A DNA stretch of 64,000 nucleotides. It comes from Lama glama. Taxonomy: Eukaryota. Positions 36,709 through 48,298 of the stretch are shown here, piece after piece. The stretch covers positions 30,072,001 to 30,136,000 of the forward strand of contig CM052816.1 of NCBI GenBank assembly GCA_028534125.1. Direction: 5' to 3'. The position numbers and the translations under genes are program-made. Numbering within the stretch: position 1 is the stretch's first letter; each line of letters opens with the position of its first letter. The notes under the pieces were generated by a model that was not told where the DNA came from, searched no databases, and saw only the letters and a program-made list of their open reading frames with translations.

Positions 36709-39284
36709 TAACACAGTTACATTTTAAGTTACAAAATGTAATGGGCTCCTTGGGATAAAACTCTCTTCCTGTCCAGCGTGATACTGAGTCCAGAATTGTC
36801 TAAATGTGCAGGTAAGAACAGGATTCTTTGACGCCACAAATTATATTTGGTGTCCTAATCATTTATCACCTCCTTGTGTATCTTCGGAAATAATGGCTAA
36901 TTGAACAATATATTCACACAGAATATTGCAGGAGATTTTAATGAGGCAGAAAAATGTCAACATTTCAATGGGTGATAGGTTTTGTTCAGAGCAGCTGGAA
37001 GTTATGAATTGCCAATTAGGAAAACTCTGATAATCTGGGTAATCTGTGTTGCTTGTCCAGGATTTATCTGAGTTTGGCAGCCATAAATTTGGAAATAGAG
37101 TAATGACCTGGGGCTATTCCCTCATGTCGTCCAATATGTTTGTGTAAAATTTTCAATTTCATGTGCTGCAGATTGAAGCAACATAAAACTCGGCATTTAT
37201 AAGGCGAATCTTTATAATTTTCATTAGTAAAACCTTTATTTTGGTTTATTGACTTTTTTTCCTCTCTGCACAATGTAAGTTGAAGAGGAGAATTAAAAGT
37301 AACACTTAACCAGTTGATTTGATCAATGTCGACAGTTTAAGCAGTTATTCCAGGTCTCAAAAACAGATCGTTTTCCCCCAAAGAACTGAATGATTGGTAT
37401 GACGAATAGACAATAAAACTGTAAAATAACTTGTTAAATTTGTGTTGTTTGAAACTAATTTCACCAGTTGTCTTTTTAACAACAACTTTTGCAGAATTGG
37501 TGTGGGAAACAAGTGCTCCCTGAAGAGCTTACATGCAAAAAAAAGTGTAAATAATTTCTCTATATGAATAAATAATTTTGATTAATTTTTTTCAAAATGG
37601 AGAATAGGGCATCTGGAATCTTCCAGGCATACTTTTGCATCTCTGGTGACTCTTTTTGGGAACAGCTCTCAACATTGTCATCGGAACCATGCATCTTTTA
37701 TCATTTCAGCTTTGGAAAAATACCTTAGTTGGTTTCTACATAAAAGTCTGGTTTTCACTTACCAGAGGGTAAAAATAGGAGGAATAGAATACTATGAGGT
37801 AGCAAAGGACGTGATTCATAATATTTAAAAGACAATTTATTCTGATCAGCTAAATGTTCCTAATTAAAATGCACGAACTCTGACATCAAAATTTTATTAT
37901 TCACATGGAAATTATTTCTGTCCTTGGAACTTCATCCACTTGTTACAAAAAGAATATTATAAAAAGATAATAATTACCTACATACTTTGTCACAGTGTCC
38001 ATTTTTCCCACCAAGGCAATGACCAGTGTCACCAACTCTCTTATGTACTCACGATGCATGTATTTTTCCTTTTCATGGTTTTTTCCCTTTATATATGAGA
38101 TACCTCATAATTTTTCTGCTCTTATGCTATCCTGCTGTGAGAAAGAATAGTAATTACATCTAATTAGAAAAGATTAAAATGCTATGACTCACGGAAATAA
38201 TGAAAGTTGATTATGTTTTATACAAGGCATAAATCCCAAACCTACATTTTACACTTGAAATTAGCTTCGAGCCTGATCAGCAGTGTAATAACAGTGTGTG
38301 AGGGTTCATCACGGTGCTTGTTTGGCTAAATGCACTCCCCAAGCTCCCCACTCCTCACTCTCAGCCTTGTCATGAAAGACCCATCTTCCCCTAAGCTGAA
38401 AAAGAGGCCAATTTGATCTTTTAAACCTTAGTTTACTTCATAATGTTTTGATTTTATTTATTTTAGGTAGTGTTTAGTCCCAGCCACAGGTGAGAACTGG
38501 ATAACATCTATGGTTAAAAAAAAACTCACAAAAAAAATTCCTTAGTTTTCCCTTTTAACAGACTCCAGGACCGAAACACTGTTTTCAGTTTTGTTAAGAT
38601 TTTTTAGGTTAAGAAAGATAAAATGCAATCTAGAGATGATTGTTCCTTTTTAAACAGTGAGGATCTTTTTCCATCATGGACTCAGCGTGAATGCTCATTT
38701 CAGTTCTGGTCCAGTTCACAAAGCTCTCTCCTGCACACAGGCATTGTTGTCTAACATATGCAGTTTTATAGTGGAGCAGAGGGAGACATTACACACAAAT
38801 AGATTTGTGCCGTAAACACATATGGGCATAAGGGATTGTCTAGAAGGGAAGAGAAAAAGAAGCCAACATAAAAACTTCAAAAGGATTGAATTGCAATTCT
38901 AGAATGCGAGAAAGTCTCATTTGTCTATCTACCTATCTGACATGAAGATCGTAACATTCTGAAATATAATGCGTTAAAATGTTTTTTAGGTCCAATGATA
39001 AGATAATTCTGATAACACATTGGCGTCGCATGAACATTACCCCATTAATCTGAGTCAGATACCCCCTTGGGGAGATAAGCTGCTTTTACTCCACAGGTGG
39101 GTATATGTGAGCTAGAGCCGTATTATGTGGAGCTGAGGCTCTGGTCTCAGTAACTATGAGAATCGGCAACCAGATTAGACACCATGAGGTGTGTTTATGT
39201 GATGGGACCATTCTCCTGTGATCTTGTCTCAGTGTGCGATGAAGAAAAAAAAGTTATCGAAACTTCTAATAACAACTGTGCAGG

Positions 39285-39327
39285 CAAAAAAAAGAAAAGA
39301 AAAGAAAAGAAAAGAAAAGAAAAAAAG
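39285..39327. repeat. A-rich (AAAAG)n tract
   Basis: Directly visible. Confidence 0.9.
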
Positions 39328-40614
39328 ATTAGAAACACAGCAAAGAAATGTACAAAGTTACCTTTAGGGAAAAATCATGGGTAACTTACTCCATTCGAAA
39401 TGAAGAGAAGAAAAATATAGTGCCTTCCAGAAATTGAGAGTGGCCGTTTTAAAAGGAGCAATTCTTTTATTGTAATACTTGTATGCTCACCTCTTCTTTA
39501 ATTGCTTCTTTTGCATGGAGGAGTTTCACTGGAAATAAATGCATGTCATAAACCAAGAGTGGCATTTCCAAATGGATTCTGTGAAGGTTATAATATAGGA
39601 ATCATATATTATTAGTTCAATATTGGAAACAAAATGACTAAATATTTGTTCTCAAATTCTATCTCATATAACAGTAGAGTCAGAGTTCAAGTCATTCCCA
39701 TAGCATGCATTTATGTATTTGGACTTCTCTTTAATTTATGCATCAATTCTTTATCTTCTTCTTTAGAATCTGTAGTATCAGCAATACTGCATTGCAGGTT
39801 TCAAACTGGCTCTTACTGTAGCTGGATTTTCATATCATGTCGTCCAGTTGTGGAATTCTATAAATAAAACAATGCTAATTTTATCCTTTCCTTGCCTAGT
39901 AAGTAGCAGTAAGTAGGAAGGAATAATGAGTAGGTGAAAGAGAACCCTAAACTTTACATAACATCACTTTAGCCTGCATATTATTAGTCCTCATTATTTA
40001 TCACAGAAAGTTATTAAGTTGATATATTTACCCTACATGGAGGCATTAATAATACTCAGAAGTTTGTACTTCCGTTTAGCTAAAATGTTGATAAATTGAT
40101 TGATGTCAACTCAGAAATAGGTCATTGCTGACAGGAGAGAGGGAATTTTTTTCAAAGAAGTCCACTAAGAAACAGTTTTCCCTCCAAGCTATTACTGAAT
40201 GGGCACAGCTGGGAAGCCTCAGCCCTCACAAGAGGCTTTTCTCATTATTCCATTTCTCAGATGTCACTCACAGTGTTGCCAGTACAGAGAACACACTGTA
40301 ACGACTCTTCCATCCTGGAAATAAGTACTTTATGGAAACAGTGGAGCAGAGGATACTGAGGCCAAGGAGATAAGAAAATGTAAGGAGAGTCCCAAGTTCC
40401 AGCGTGGGCTGGTTTGCACGTGGGGAACTGATGCCACTTAGGAGTGCACACTGGTTGAGCCAGTCTAATCATTTCTCCTTGTATAGACTCAGAAAAATTG
40501 GTGGAAAAGGATGCTGGCTTTTCGAGAGTTCTTGTACAGAGAGTCCTAGCATTCAAGTAATGGGCAAAACAAGTGGAAGCCAGAGCAGCATCTACTCCTG
40601 CAAAGCCCTGCTCC

Positions 40615-40654
40615 TGTTTTTGTTTTGTTTTATTTTGTTTTGTTTTGTTTTGTT
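40615..40654. repeat. (TTTTG)n microsatellite
   Basis: Directly visible. Confidence 0.9.
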
Positions 40655-40689
40655 AATTGGTCCTGTAGAGAAAATGTACTTTGTTCAGG

Positions 40690-41234
40690 ATTATTGCTCT
40701 CCTCTCACAAACTGCTCTAGTAGCCTCCTCTCTGCTTCTGCTCTCATCTCTGTGATTTTCTCCCCACATACACAGTAGACCTAACATTCTGTTTCTTTTT
40801 TAAAAATCTCTCTGATCACTGTCACTTTAAAGTCTGCAGAATTTTACATTGTTTTCCTAGCCTCGAAGGCCCGGAAGGGTCTGCCTCCTTCTGATGTCTC
40901 TGACTTCATTTTAGGCAACTCTGAACCCTGCTTATTATCATGTACTAACCTGGCCTTCTATCTCTTTCTCGAAGAATTCAAACTGGCTTCTACCTCGCAC
41001 TTGTTTTTCCTGTCCCTGAAGTAATCTCCCTCTCCTAACCCTGACAAAAAAAAAAAAAAAAATTGCTTTGGCGGTTCTTCCTGTGAAGAATTATTTCAAG
41101 CCCCAGCTCAAGCACTTCTTTCTTAGATATGCCTTCCTGATCTACTCTTGTTCACTATCGTAATATTTTTATTTTCTACATATCCCTTACAAGTAACAGG
41201 AATTATATTTTGGGGGAGGGAGATAATTAGGCTT

Positions 41235-41265
<31 letters not shown>

Positions 41266-41535
41266 ATAGAAGTACTGGGGATTGAACCCAGGATCTTGTA
41301 CATGCTAAGCACACACTCCCCCAGAAATTATATTTTTATTTATACATATATATGTAATTATCTAAAAAACACAATTATATTTTTATTTACTTGCTTCCTC
41401 TTTCATTTTAGATTTCTCTCACAAGAACATACACTCCATGTGAGTGTATGTCTCTTGTTCAGGGTGCTGCTCTAGCATCAAGAACAGTGCCTGACGTACA
41501 GAAGGTGCTCAATAGATGTTTGCTGAATGTATGAC
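40690..41535 (+). mobile_element. L2a 3' region, interrupted by a SINE
   Basis: Ends with agaacagtgcctgacgtacagaaggtgctcaatagatgtttgctgaatg, the L2 terminus. Confidence 0.8.
41212..41321 (-). mobile_element. Camelid tRNA-derived SINE with (TTTA)n and 15-bp TSD
   Basis: taattaggcttatttattt...gtactggggattgaacccaggatcttgtacatgctaagc (minus-strand B-box ggttcaatcc); TSD caggaattatatttt (41197-41211) / cagaaattatatttt (41322-41336). Confidence 0.9.
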
Positions 41536-41839
41536 TAACTCAATTATGAATAAATAAATGTAGTGATCTTTAGTATCCACATTCTGTGAGTAGTGCAGAA
41601 TTTTCCCTGTGCCAGTCATCAACTTTGGTATGCCCTCCATATCATGTTTTGGAAAAAGCCCAAAGTTATTTCTTGGTTTATATGAGGAACATCTTACAGA
41701 AAACCAAAATAAATGGTTCATTTATTGCTTCATGTATTTATTCACTTAAAATAAATTCAAAATTCAATACCTCAAGGATTACAGAGACCCTGACTTTTGT
41801 CTCCATGGTCAATTGTTAATGGTTCTTAGAGATGTCTTG

Positions 41840-42050
41840 AAGAATAGGAGCTAATACTGCAGATCAAAGGTTAATGCAGGGAGCAGCTCCAGGCAGGTAA
41901 GGCAGGAAGAGGAGAGACAAAAGGGTACATTTTGGAGATTTCAGGGTCTCAGAATGGCTGTGGAGTGGTGATGAGTTTGGAAAGATGGAGAGGAAGTAAT
42001 TTGAGGGACTGTTAGAACCAGTCCCAAACTTGGCATCCAATTTCATAACC
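41840..42050 (-). mobile_element. L2 fragment
   Basis: Purine-rich antisense L2-like: gatgagtttggaaagatggagaggaag. Confidence 0.4.
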
Positions 42051-42436
42051 ATACCAAGGCTACAGAACTGTGGGAGCTGGGGCAGGGTTGTGCAGAACAG
42101 AGATGGAAGTGAGGATGAGGAGACGTACAGAGCATGGGTGAAGCTTGGTTGAATATTACAGAGAAGTTCTCTGAGTAGGTGAGGGATTGGTGCTGAACTG
42201 GGCAAAATATAACATGTATGTTTGTTGGAGGAGGTCATCCAGAGGACGTGGTGGCAGATAACCTGAGAGCTGGACTCCTTCTCCTGTGTTTGGACTGTAT
42301 GTTTTACCTACTATTGCCATGCTAGCGGCCATTTAAAGGATGCCGCCTTGCGAGAGCAACGTGTTGTTGAGGCCAGCTGGATGGAATATGTGACTGAACC
42401 CAGGTAAGGCCTGCATATAGACTTTAAAGATTCCAG

Positions 42437-42884
42437 TGTATGGGTTAAAGTCATTTCACCTGCCTTCACTAATCAAAGTTGTCTTAAGACTCGCAAAGAC
42501 CTTGAGGTGGCATGCAGCAATGTTTGCCAGGTTTAGTTTTCAGGGACCAGAATTGGAGTCAGCTGTGTTTAGTTGGAGCTGAGCTGGTTAAGGCCAGATA
42601 GGACCACCAACCCTTCAACTGAGCATGCGCGAGGGTCCTCCCTGCCCTTCTGACGTCAGAGCGCTGAAAACTCCGCCCCCAGAGCGTGCAGCGTGGCGTG
42701 TAGCCTCGTTACGCCTGCGCGGAAAGCCAATTCCGCACGTTTCCCCAATCACCCTACCCCCCGCCCCCCACACCTCACGCCGCATCTTGCCTTCAGGGAG
42801 GTGGGTTTGAGATTCGTTCTCCCATCTTATCGCCTGGCTGCCTTGAAAATGAACCCTCTCTTTGCTGCAGACTGTTTGGTAACA
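42437..42884 (+). mobile_element. Inner ERV1-class solo LTR
   Basis: tgtatggg...ggtaaca TG/CA ends; R/U5-like gggaggtgggtttgagattcgttctcccatc...ctggctgccttg...ctctttgctgca. Confidence 0.75.
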
Positions 42885-43040
42885 GGTTCAGAGGTCTACA
42901 GGTCTTTCAGTCGCCCAAGCCTCGTAAGTACGTTTCCTTGCTTATGAAAACAGACGCCACTTGGAGTAGCGGTCCCTTCCGATGGTCGCTTCTTGCCTTC
43001 CAGTGCGGGATTCGGGAGTCTCGGTGACGCTGCACCGGCT
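42620..43040 (+). promoter_or_regulatory. CpG-rich patch with CRE, NRF1-like, GC-box and CCAAT motifs (candidate LTR promoter)
   Basis: About 30 CpG by eye in ~420 bp; TGACGTCA 42651, GCATGCGC 42623, CCGCCCC 42673 and 42761, CCAAT 42727 and 42745. Confidence 0.5.
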
Positions 43041-43576
43041 GTGAGACCTTTGTAAACTTGTTTAACCCCTGTAGCCCCTAGTTTCTTGGGCAGGACTGCC
43101 TAAGACTGGTTGGTTCCCAGTGCCACCATTACATTTTATAGAGGTGTTAGAGAAATGCCCAGGATATGAGTCATACCCTACACTGCAGTTTTAAATCACT
43201 CATGATAGCTCTGTAAAGAAAATATTGACGTTGCTTGCTAGAGCTGTGTTGTGAATGAGCTGTGCAGGAAATTGGCTGAGATGTTAGAGCTGGCACTTGC
43301 AGAAAAGCTGAGATGAAGGTACAAAGGGGAATGTGCAGGAAAAATGATGGTTGGTGTCCTCCACAGTAGCAGATAACAATTCGGCCCTTGGTGCATAACT
43401 AACATAATTAAAAACCTTATTCCTCCGTGGCTGCTCACGTATCTCTAAGTCCTGGTGGATGTCTGTGGAAAGTAGCTTTGCTTTGGAAGAGAGGCAGAGA
43501 ACTTGCAGGGGCTTCCTCCCTCTGGCAGCGTCACAAAGCCTTGTAGTTGTGCCTCTGTAAATGAAGTATTGGATGA

Positions 43577-43812
43577 ACAACTGCTATTTTTTATGGGGCG
43601 TGTCGGATGCAGCAAATGCTCTTCTCAGAGTGTATGAATTCATTTGTCCTCACAAGAATCTTATGACATAGGTATTAACTACTCCCATTTTGTAGGTGAG
43701 AATTGATCTATAGAGAGGTTAAATAACTTGTGTAGTGTGCCACACCCCACACATGCTGGAGCTGGAATTCAGTCCCAGGCACTATGGTTTGAGTAGACTG
43801 ACCACTGTCGTA
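43577..43812 (-). mobile_element. MIR SINE
   Basis: actcccattttgtaggtgagaattgatctatagagaggttaaataacttg core. Confidence 0.8.
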
Positions 43813-43854
43813 TGTGGAGACCACCCTATTTTCATAGATTGCGGATTTTAAGAG

Positions 43855-43994
43855 GCACCAGAAACGCTGGAGACTTGATGAGAATACAGATACATGGGCC
43901 CAATCTCAATGAATTTTTTTTTTCCGCCTAGTATCTGCAGGTTTTCCTGGCATTTCAGGAGATTCTGATGAACGTTTAAGTTTAAAAACCATTG
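43855..43994 (+). mobile_element. hAT-Charlie MITE, MER5A-like
   Basis: aatacagatacatgggccc...caggagattctgatg...aagtttaaaaaccattg. Confidence 0.7.
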
Positions 43995-45779
43995 CTTTTG
44001 TCTGTGAGTTAAATTGCTTGATGTGGACAATATTCTTTTACATAAAACAGTGATGATAATGAAGTTTAGGCTGGACTAGATTGAGAAACGAATGGGAGAA
44101 CTTCTTTGAAGATACTTGGAAAATCACTGACTCTCAGAATGGCCAGAAACACCTGGGTAGTTAATTACAGTGAACTCCCCAGTCCTCGCCTGCAACTACC
44201 TGATGATAAATAGCATTGATTGATAAAGGAGACAGTGCGATTTGGTGGCACATAGTGTTCGAGCAAGAATGATCTTGGTTTAAGTCTCATGTGTATAGTT
44301 TACACTTTGTAGTACATTGAATATCACCTAAGTTATTTGGGTCACAGTTTCTCCTCAGAAAAGTGCAGGTGGAAATTTCTCTGCAGCCCAAGATCAGAGA
44401 AAGGGGTACCTCCTTGGCTTTTGAAGGCGTGCATCACACATCAGTTGCTTTCCTTTAGAAGTGAGCAGTCATCCCCCTTGACTTTAAAGTCCAGAGCATT
44501 TGTTTTTGCTGATAAAATATGCATTAGTTTTCCTTCTCCTGCTGTTATAATATTCAGTCATTATAATCTCACAGAAAGACATTTTCTTCTATAGACTTTA
44601 ATGGTTATCTCTCAAACTGCCAGATGGTTCCATCAGCAACTTAAGAAATTTATGAAATTAATCCCTTCTAAACTTCACATTTAATTCTGTTTCAGTGGCT
44701 TCAAACTACAGCTTTCATTTGAATTCTGAGAAAATTAGAGAATGGTTTTCCTCATAAACTCCAAAATGCTGTTTTGCTTGCATCTTCTAAGCAGTGCCTG
44801 ATAGAGCTACAGAGGGATAAACAGGGCTGGCACACCATTTTGCATTAGGCTCCAAGAGATTTCATTTTTCTTCATAATCCTAATGAAACAAACATCAGAC
44901 TAGAAGAGAGTTGGGTGGGAAGCGTGGGACTTTTCTGTTGGGTATTGTATTTATTTCTGCTCTTTTTTTTTTTTTACCCTTTCTACTTTTGTTTCATTTG
45001 CATTCATCAACTGAGAACTAAGAAGAGGTTAGAAAAGTTCACATTTCCCTAGTGCCGTCACACCACGGCTCCATCACACAAGTCATGTCAATTTCACTTC
45101 CATTAGACCAAGGATTTGAGGTCTGTACTGCTGTGGCCCAAGAGATTTACTCAGGTCTAAGGCAGACCCTGGCCCTTTGCCATTCTGACTCGCACAGATC
45201 CTCAGCATGAAAAGATTTTTCATCATGAATTATTATATGAATTTTCCAAAAGGGGCTCATTCCCTTTTTTATATTTTAAGTAAATAGCCCATGGTCACCA
45301 ACAGTTCTTGCGTTTACTTAGGAGAAATATTGCTTCTTATTCTGGACTTGAAGAATATAGACTGAGTTCCATTTTTAGCTGTTTGACTTATTACCTATGA
45401 AACCTTGATGAAGTCAGGCAGACTCTATTCAACTGTTAAATACCATGTAACTCAGTGTTTTCTTTAGGATTAAAATTTCACAAATGTGGAAAAAAATGTT
45501 AATTGTTAATGAGCTGTCTGGAGTCCCAGAATCCTTGCTGGAGAGTGGCAAGTTAACTAAGAAATCACTTGGAGTCAGGAACAAGTATTGAACGATACTT
45601 CAGTTTATGTCTAAACCAGATCAGTCATCGGGGCTGAACGGGTAGAGCACTGAGTAAATGATCATTTACTGTCATGAATCACATTATCAGTATGAGGTAC
45701 AATTAGAAAACCAGCACTCAGTGGACTGACTATGGATTTACATGGTCTTCCCACCACTGATGGACTCCCTATTGCTTTG

Positions 45780-46470
45780 GCTTAAATGGCTTTTCTAAAT
45801 CTTCTCATTCAAGCCCATTATCTCCTGCCTTTTAAATCTGAACAGTCTGACTTCCTACTTTAAAGAGAACGGAAGGTCACCTGAGTTGACCTCCCTCAGA
45901 GTCTTTCCTCTTCGTCAAACTTGTCTCTCTTTCTCTACAAATCTTCTGAGACGAACACTACAACGTGTTCCTTGACTTACCTCCTTTCAGCTCTTTGGGA
46001 TGTTTCTCTCTTCTTATTTGCACGTTTAATCTCTTTCTCTCTCTTAGCAGTTTCTCTTCTACTTCAAAACGTGCTTATACGTTTCTCTGTTTTATAAACA
46101 CAATGAATGAAAAATGCTTTCTTTAACTCAAACTATTTTTATTGTATCCCTTGATCACAAATTCCTTGGTAGAGCAGTCTCCACGCGCTGGTCTTTCTGA
46201 CCATCCATATCCCCTTTGTGACTTGTGTGGCCTGACCCTGACTCCCAGGCCACACAGCCTCAGCCCTCCTCTACCTCGTCTTCCTCATTTCTCTCCACCA
46301 GCAGCTCTGGGATGTTGGAAACGTCCCTTCTTTTTGAAACTCACCCTTCATGCCTTTCATACTGGTTTTCCTATGTCTTTCTAAACCTTCATTTTTTTTC
46401 TTTTCCTTACTGGCTTCTTTTTCCTTCTTATGCCTTTCAAATGCTTACTTTTCCACGGACTTATTATTTG
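45780..46470 (+). mobile_element. L2 internal fragment
   Basis: cttcctactttaaagagaa, tcccttctttttgaaactc, ctggttttcctatgtc: pyrimidine-rich L2 ORF2 pattern. Confidence 0.6.
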
Positions 46471-46579
46471 GTTGCAACAACAAAATTTTGTGTCTCATTC
46501 ACCCTATATGCCCATCACAGATTGGCTGGAGTTTGTTTCTTGTAGCCACTCACGAGCACAAGCTGATGTACAGGGGACC

Positions 46580-46803
46580 TACCTCAACACATACATTCAA
46601 AATCCCCCAGGCAAGGGCAAGAGGATGTGGTAAATCTTAAAATGGTGCCTGAAGCTTCTCCCGAGAAGAGATACCACTTCTGTGCACGTTTAACTGGTCA
46701 GAGACAGTCAGTACGGTGAAGCCCAACTTCTGAATGCAGGCCTGTGACATATCCTAAGAAAGGTCTGGAATGTTCAGTCAGTGGCCTTAATGACTGCCCC
46801 ACA
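46580..46803 (-). mobile_element. Old MaLR LTR fragment (MLT1H/J-like)
   Basis: ccacttctgtgcacgtttaactggtcaga...gcccaacttc...ttaatgactgccccaca. Confidence 0.55.
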
Positions 46804-48279
46804 GCACATAGGCCAACCTGCACTCCTGCCTCCATGGATGTTTTTTAAGGCCTCTTTCCTCCTGTCTCCTCATCAGCTTGTCCTTTTCTTCTTTTGCAAA
46901 TACTGTCTCCATTGAAGAAGTCTTTGAAATCTAGATTTGCTTTTCCCTCCAATCAAATGATTCCCTTCCCTGAATTATGGCAAATCATTATTAATACTCA
47001 CTTACCAGACTTACCCTGTTCTCATGATAGAGGGATTAACACTTTTTTGACTTACGCATACTATTTTAGACTTTATAGATCTTTGATGGGATCTGGGTCT
47101 AAGTTACTTTTTTGTAGTATCCTATCTACATTAAAGAAATGCTCACATTGTTGAAACTATTCTCAATAAGGGGCTTACCTTTACACAGCATATTGTAGAT
47201 ATCAGGACATGTGATGAATTAAATTGAGGGCACCATGAGTCAGTTTTAAAAATTGAGGCTATAGATCCAGAAATAAGAAAAGTAAAACTCTTTGCTATAA
47301 AATACTTGTTTCTTTGCAGTTTGCTCTCATAAAGTGCAGTACATTAAGATAATCAGGAAGGTGGCAAGAAGAAGTAAATATAACAGGTCTAGTGAGTTTC
47401 CTTTACTTACCAAATGTCTCAAAGATAACTGTGAAATATGTGAGTGCTGCTATGGATTGGCTCAGCCTTTACTGGTTGTACTTTAGGTCCTGTCCTTAAC
47501 TATGTTCTGGTCCCACACCTGATCTTAACACTCCTTTGTCAACATTGCTCACTTGTAAGGAATGGAGAAAGCTGGAGAAAAAAGTGCAAATCAGCCTTGT
47601 CCTTGATTCATTGTCCTCACCGTGGGGGTAGGGGGTGGTGTGTGTGTGTGTGTATTTCCTCATTCTATACTGATTTCTACCCTGTTGCTTATCTTTTTTT
47701 CTGGCCTTGGTTAACTCTCAAGAAAGTAATAGGATATCTTTTATTATGTACCACATATACATAATCTGTGTATAGTGATAAGCATATTTCAAGCTCTGAA
47801 TGATTTTAAAATTGAGGAAATACCAGGTGATTGTAAACTTTCAATATCACCTCAAGTGTCTTGTGGAGTGAAGCAGGAATATAAGTAAGTCAGAGGAAGC
47901 TCTCAGATGTGTAAATGAACACATGAATGGAATGAACTCTGGGCTGTGCCTTGATAGAAGCTGGACATGCAGATTAGATAGATACTTTTTTTTTAAACAG
48001 AAAAAATAATCAAAGATTTGGCTAAAAGAATTAGAATCAAAAGTGTCATGAGTAGAGATGTGTCAGCAAGAATGAGGAGTATGATTAAGCAGAATGAGAG
48101 ACAGAATTCAGTAGACAGAATGGGAACTGGTCCAGAACATCATCTGTGTTGATCTCAAGGAAGATGGGGCAGTTATCTGAAAAGAAAAATAACTTGTTTT
48201 TTCATAATTTAGAAAAGTGCATAAAATGACTGGCCTGAGATTATTCTGTCTCTGTCTTGCTTCCCTTTCTCCTCCTCAG

Positions 48280-48298
48280 GAACGTATTGGTCCTACCT
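48280..48298 (+). other. Candidate 19-nt microexon (host gene unknown)
   Basis: 37-nt tract with only 4 purines ending CAG at 48277-48279, then gaacgtattggtcctacct, then GTGAGT. Confidence 0.4.

Larger units (their letters stand above)
42247..43047 (+). mobile_element. Outer ERV solo LTR (laurasiatherian type) split by a second LTR
   Basis: tttggactgtatgttttaccta...atgtgactgaacccaggtaaggcct...aaagattc | gaggtctac...cccaagcctcgtaagt...cttgcttat; the halves read collinear when the insert is removed. Confidence 0.7.

Noticed and set aside
41270..41320. tRNA-like B-box
   Set aside because: Part of a TSD-flanked SINE, not a tRNA gene
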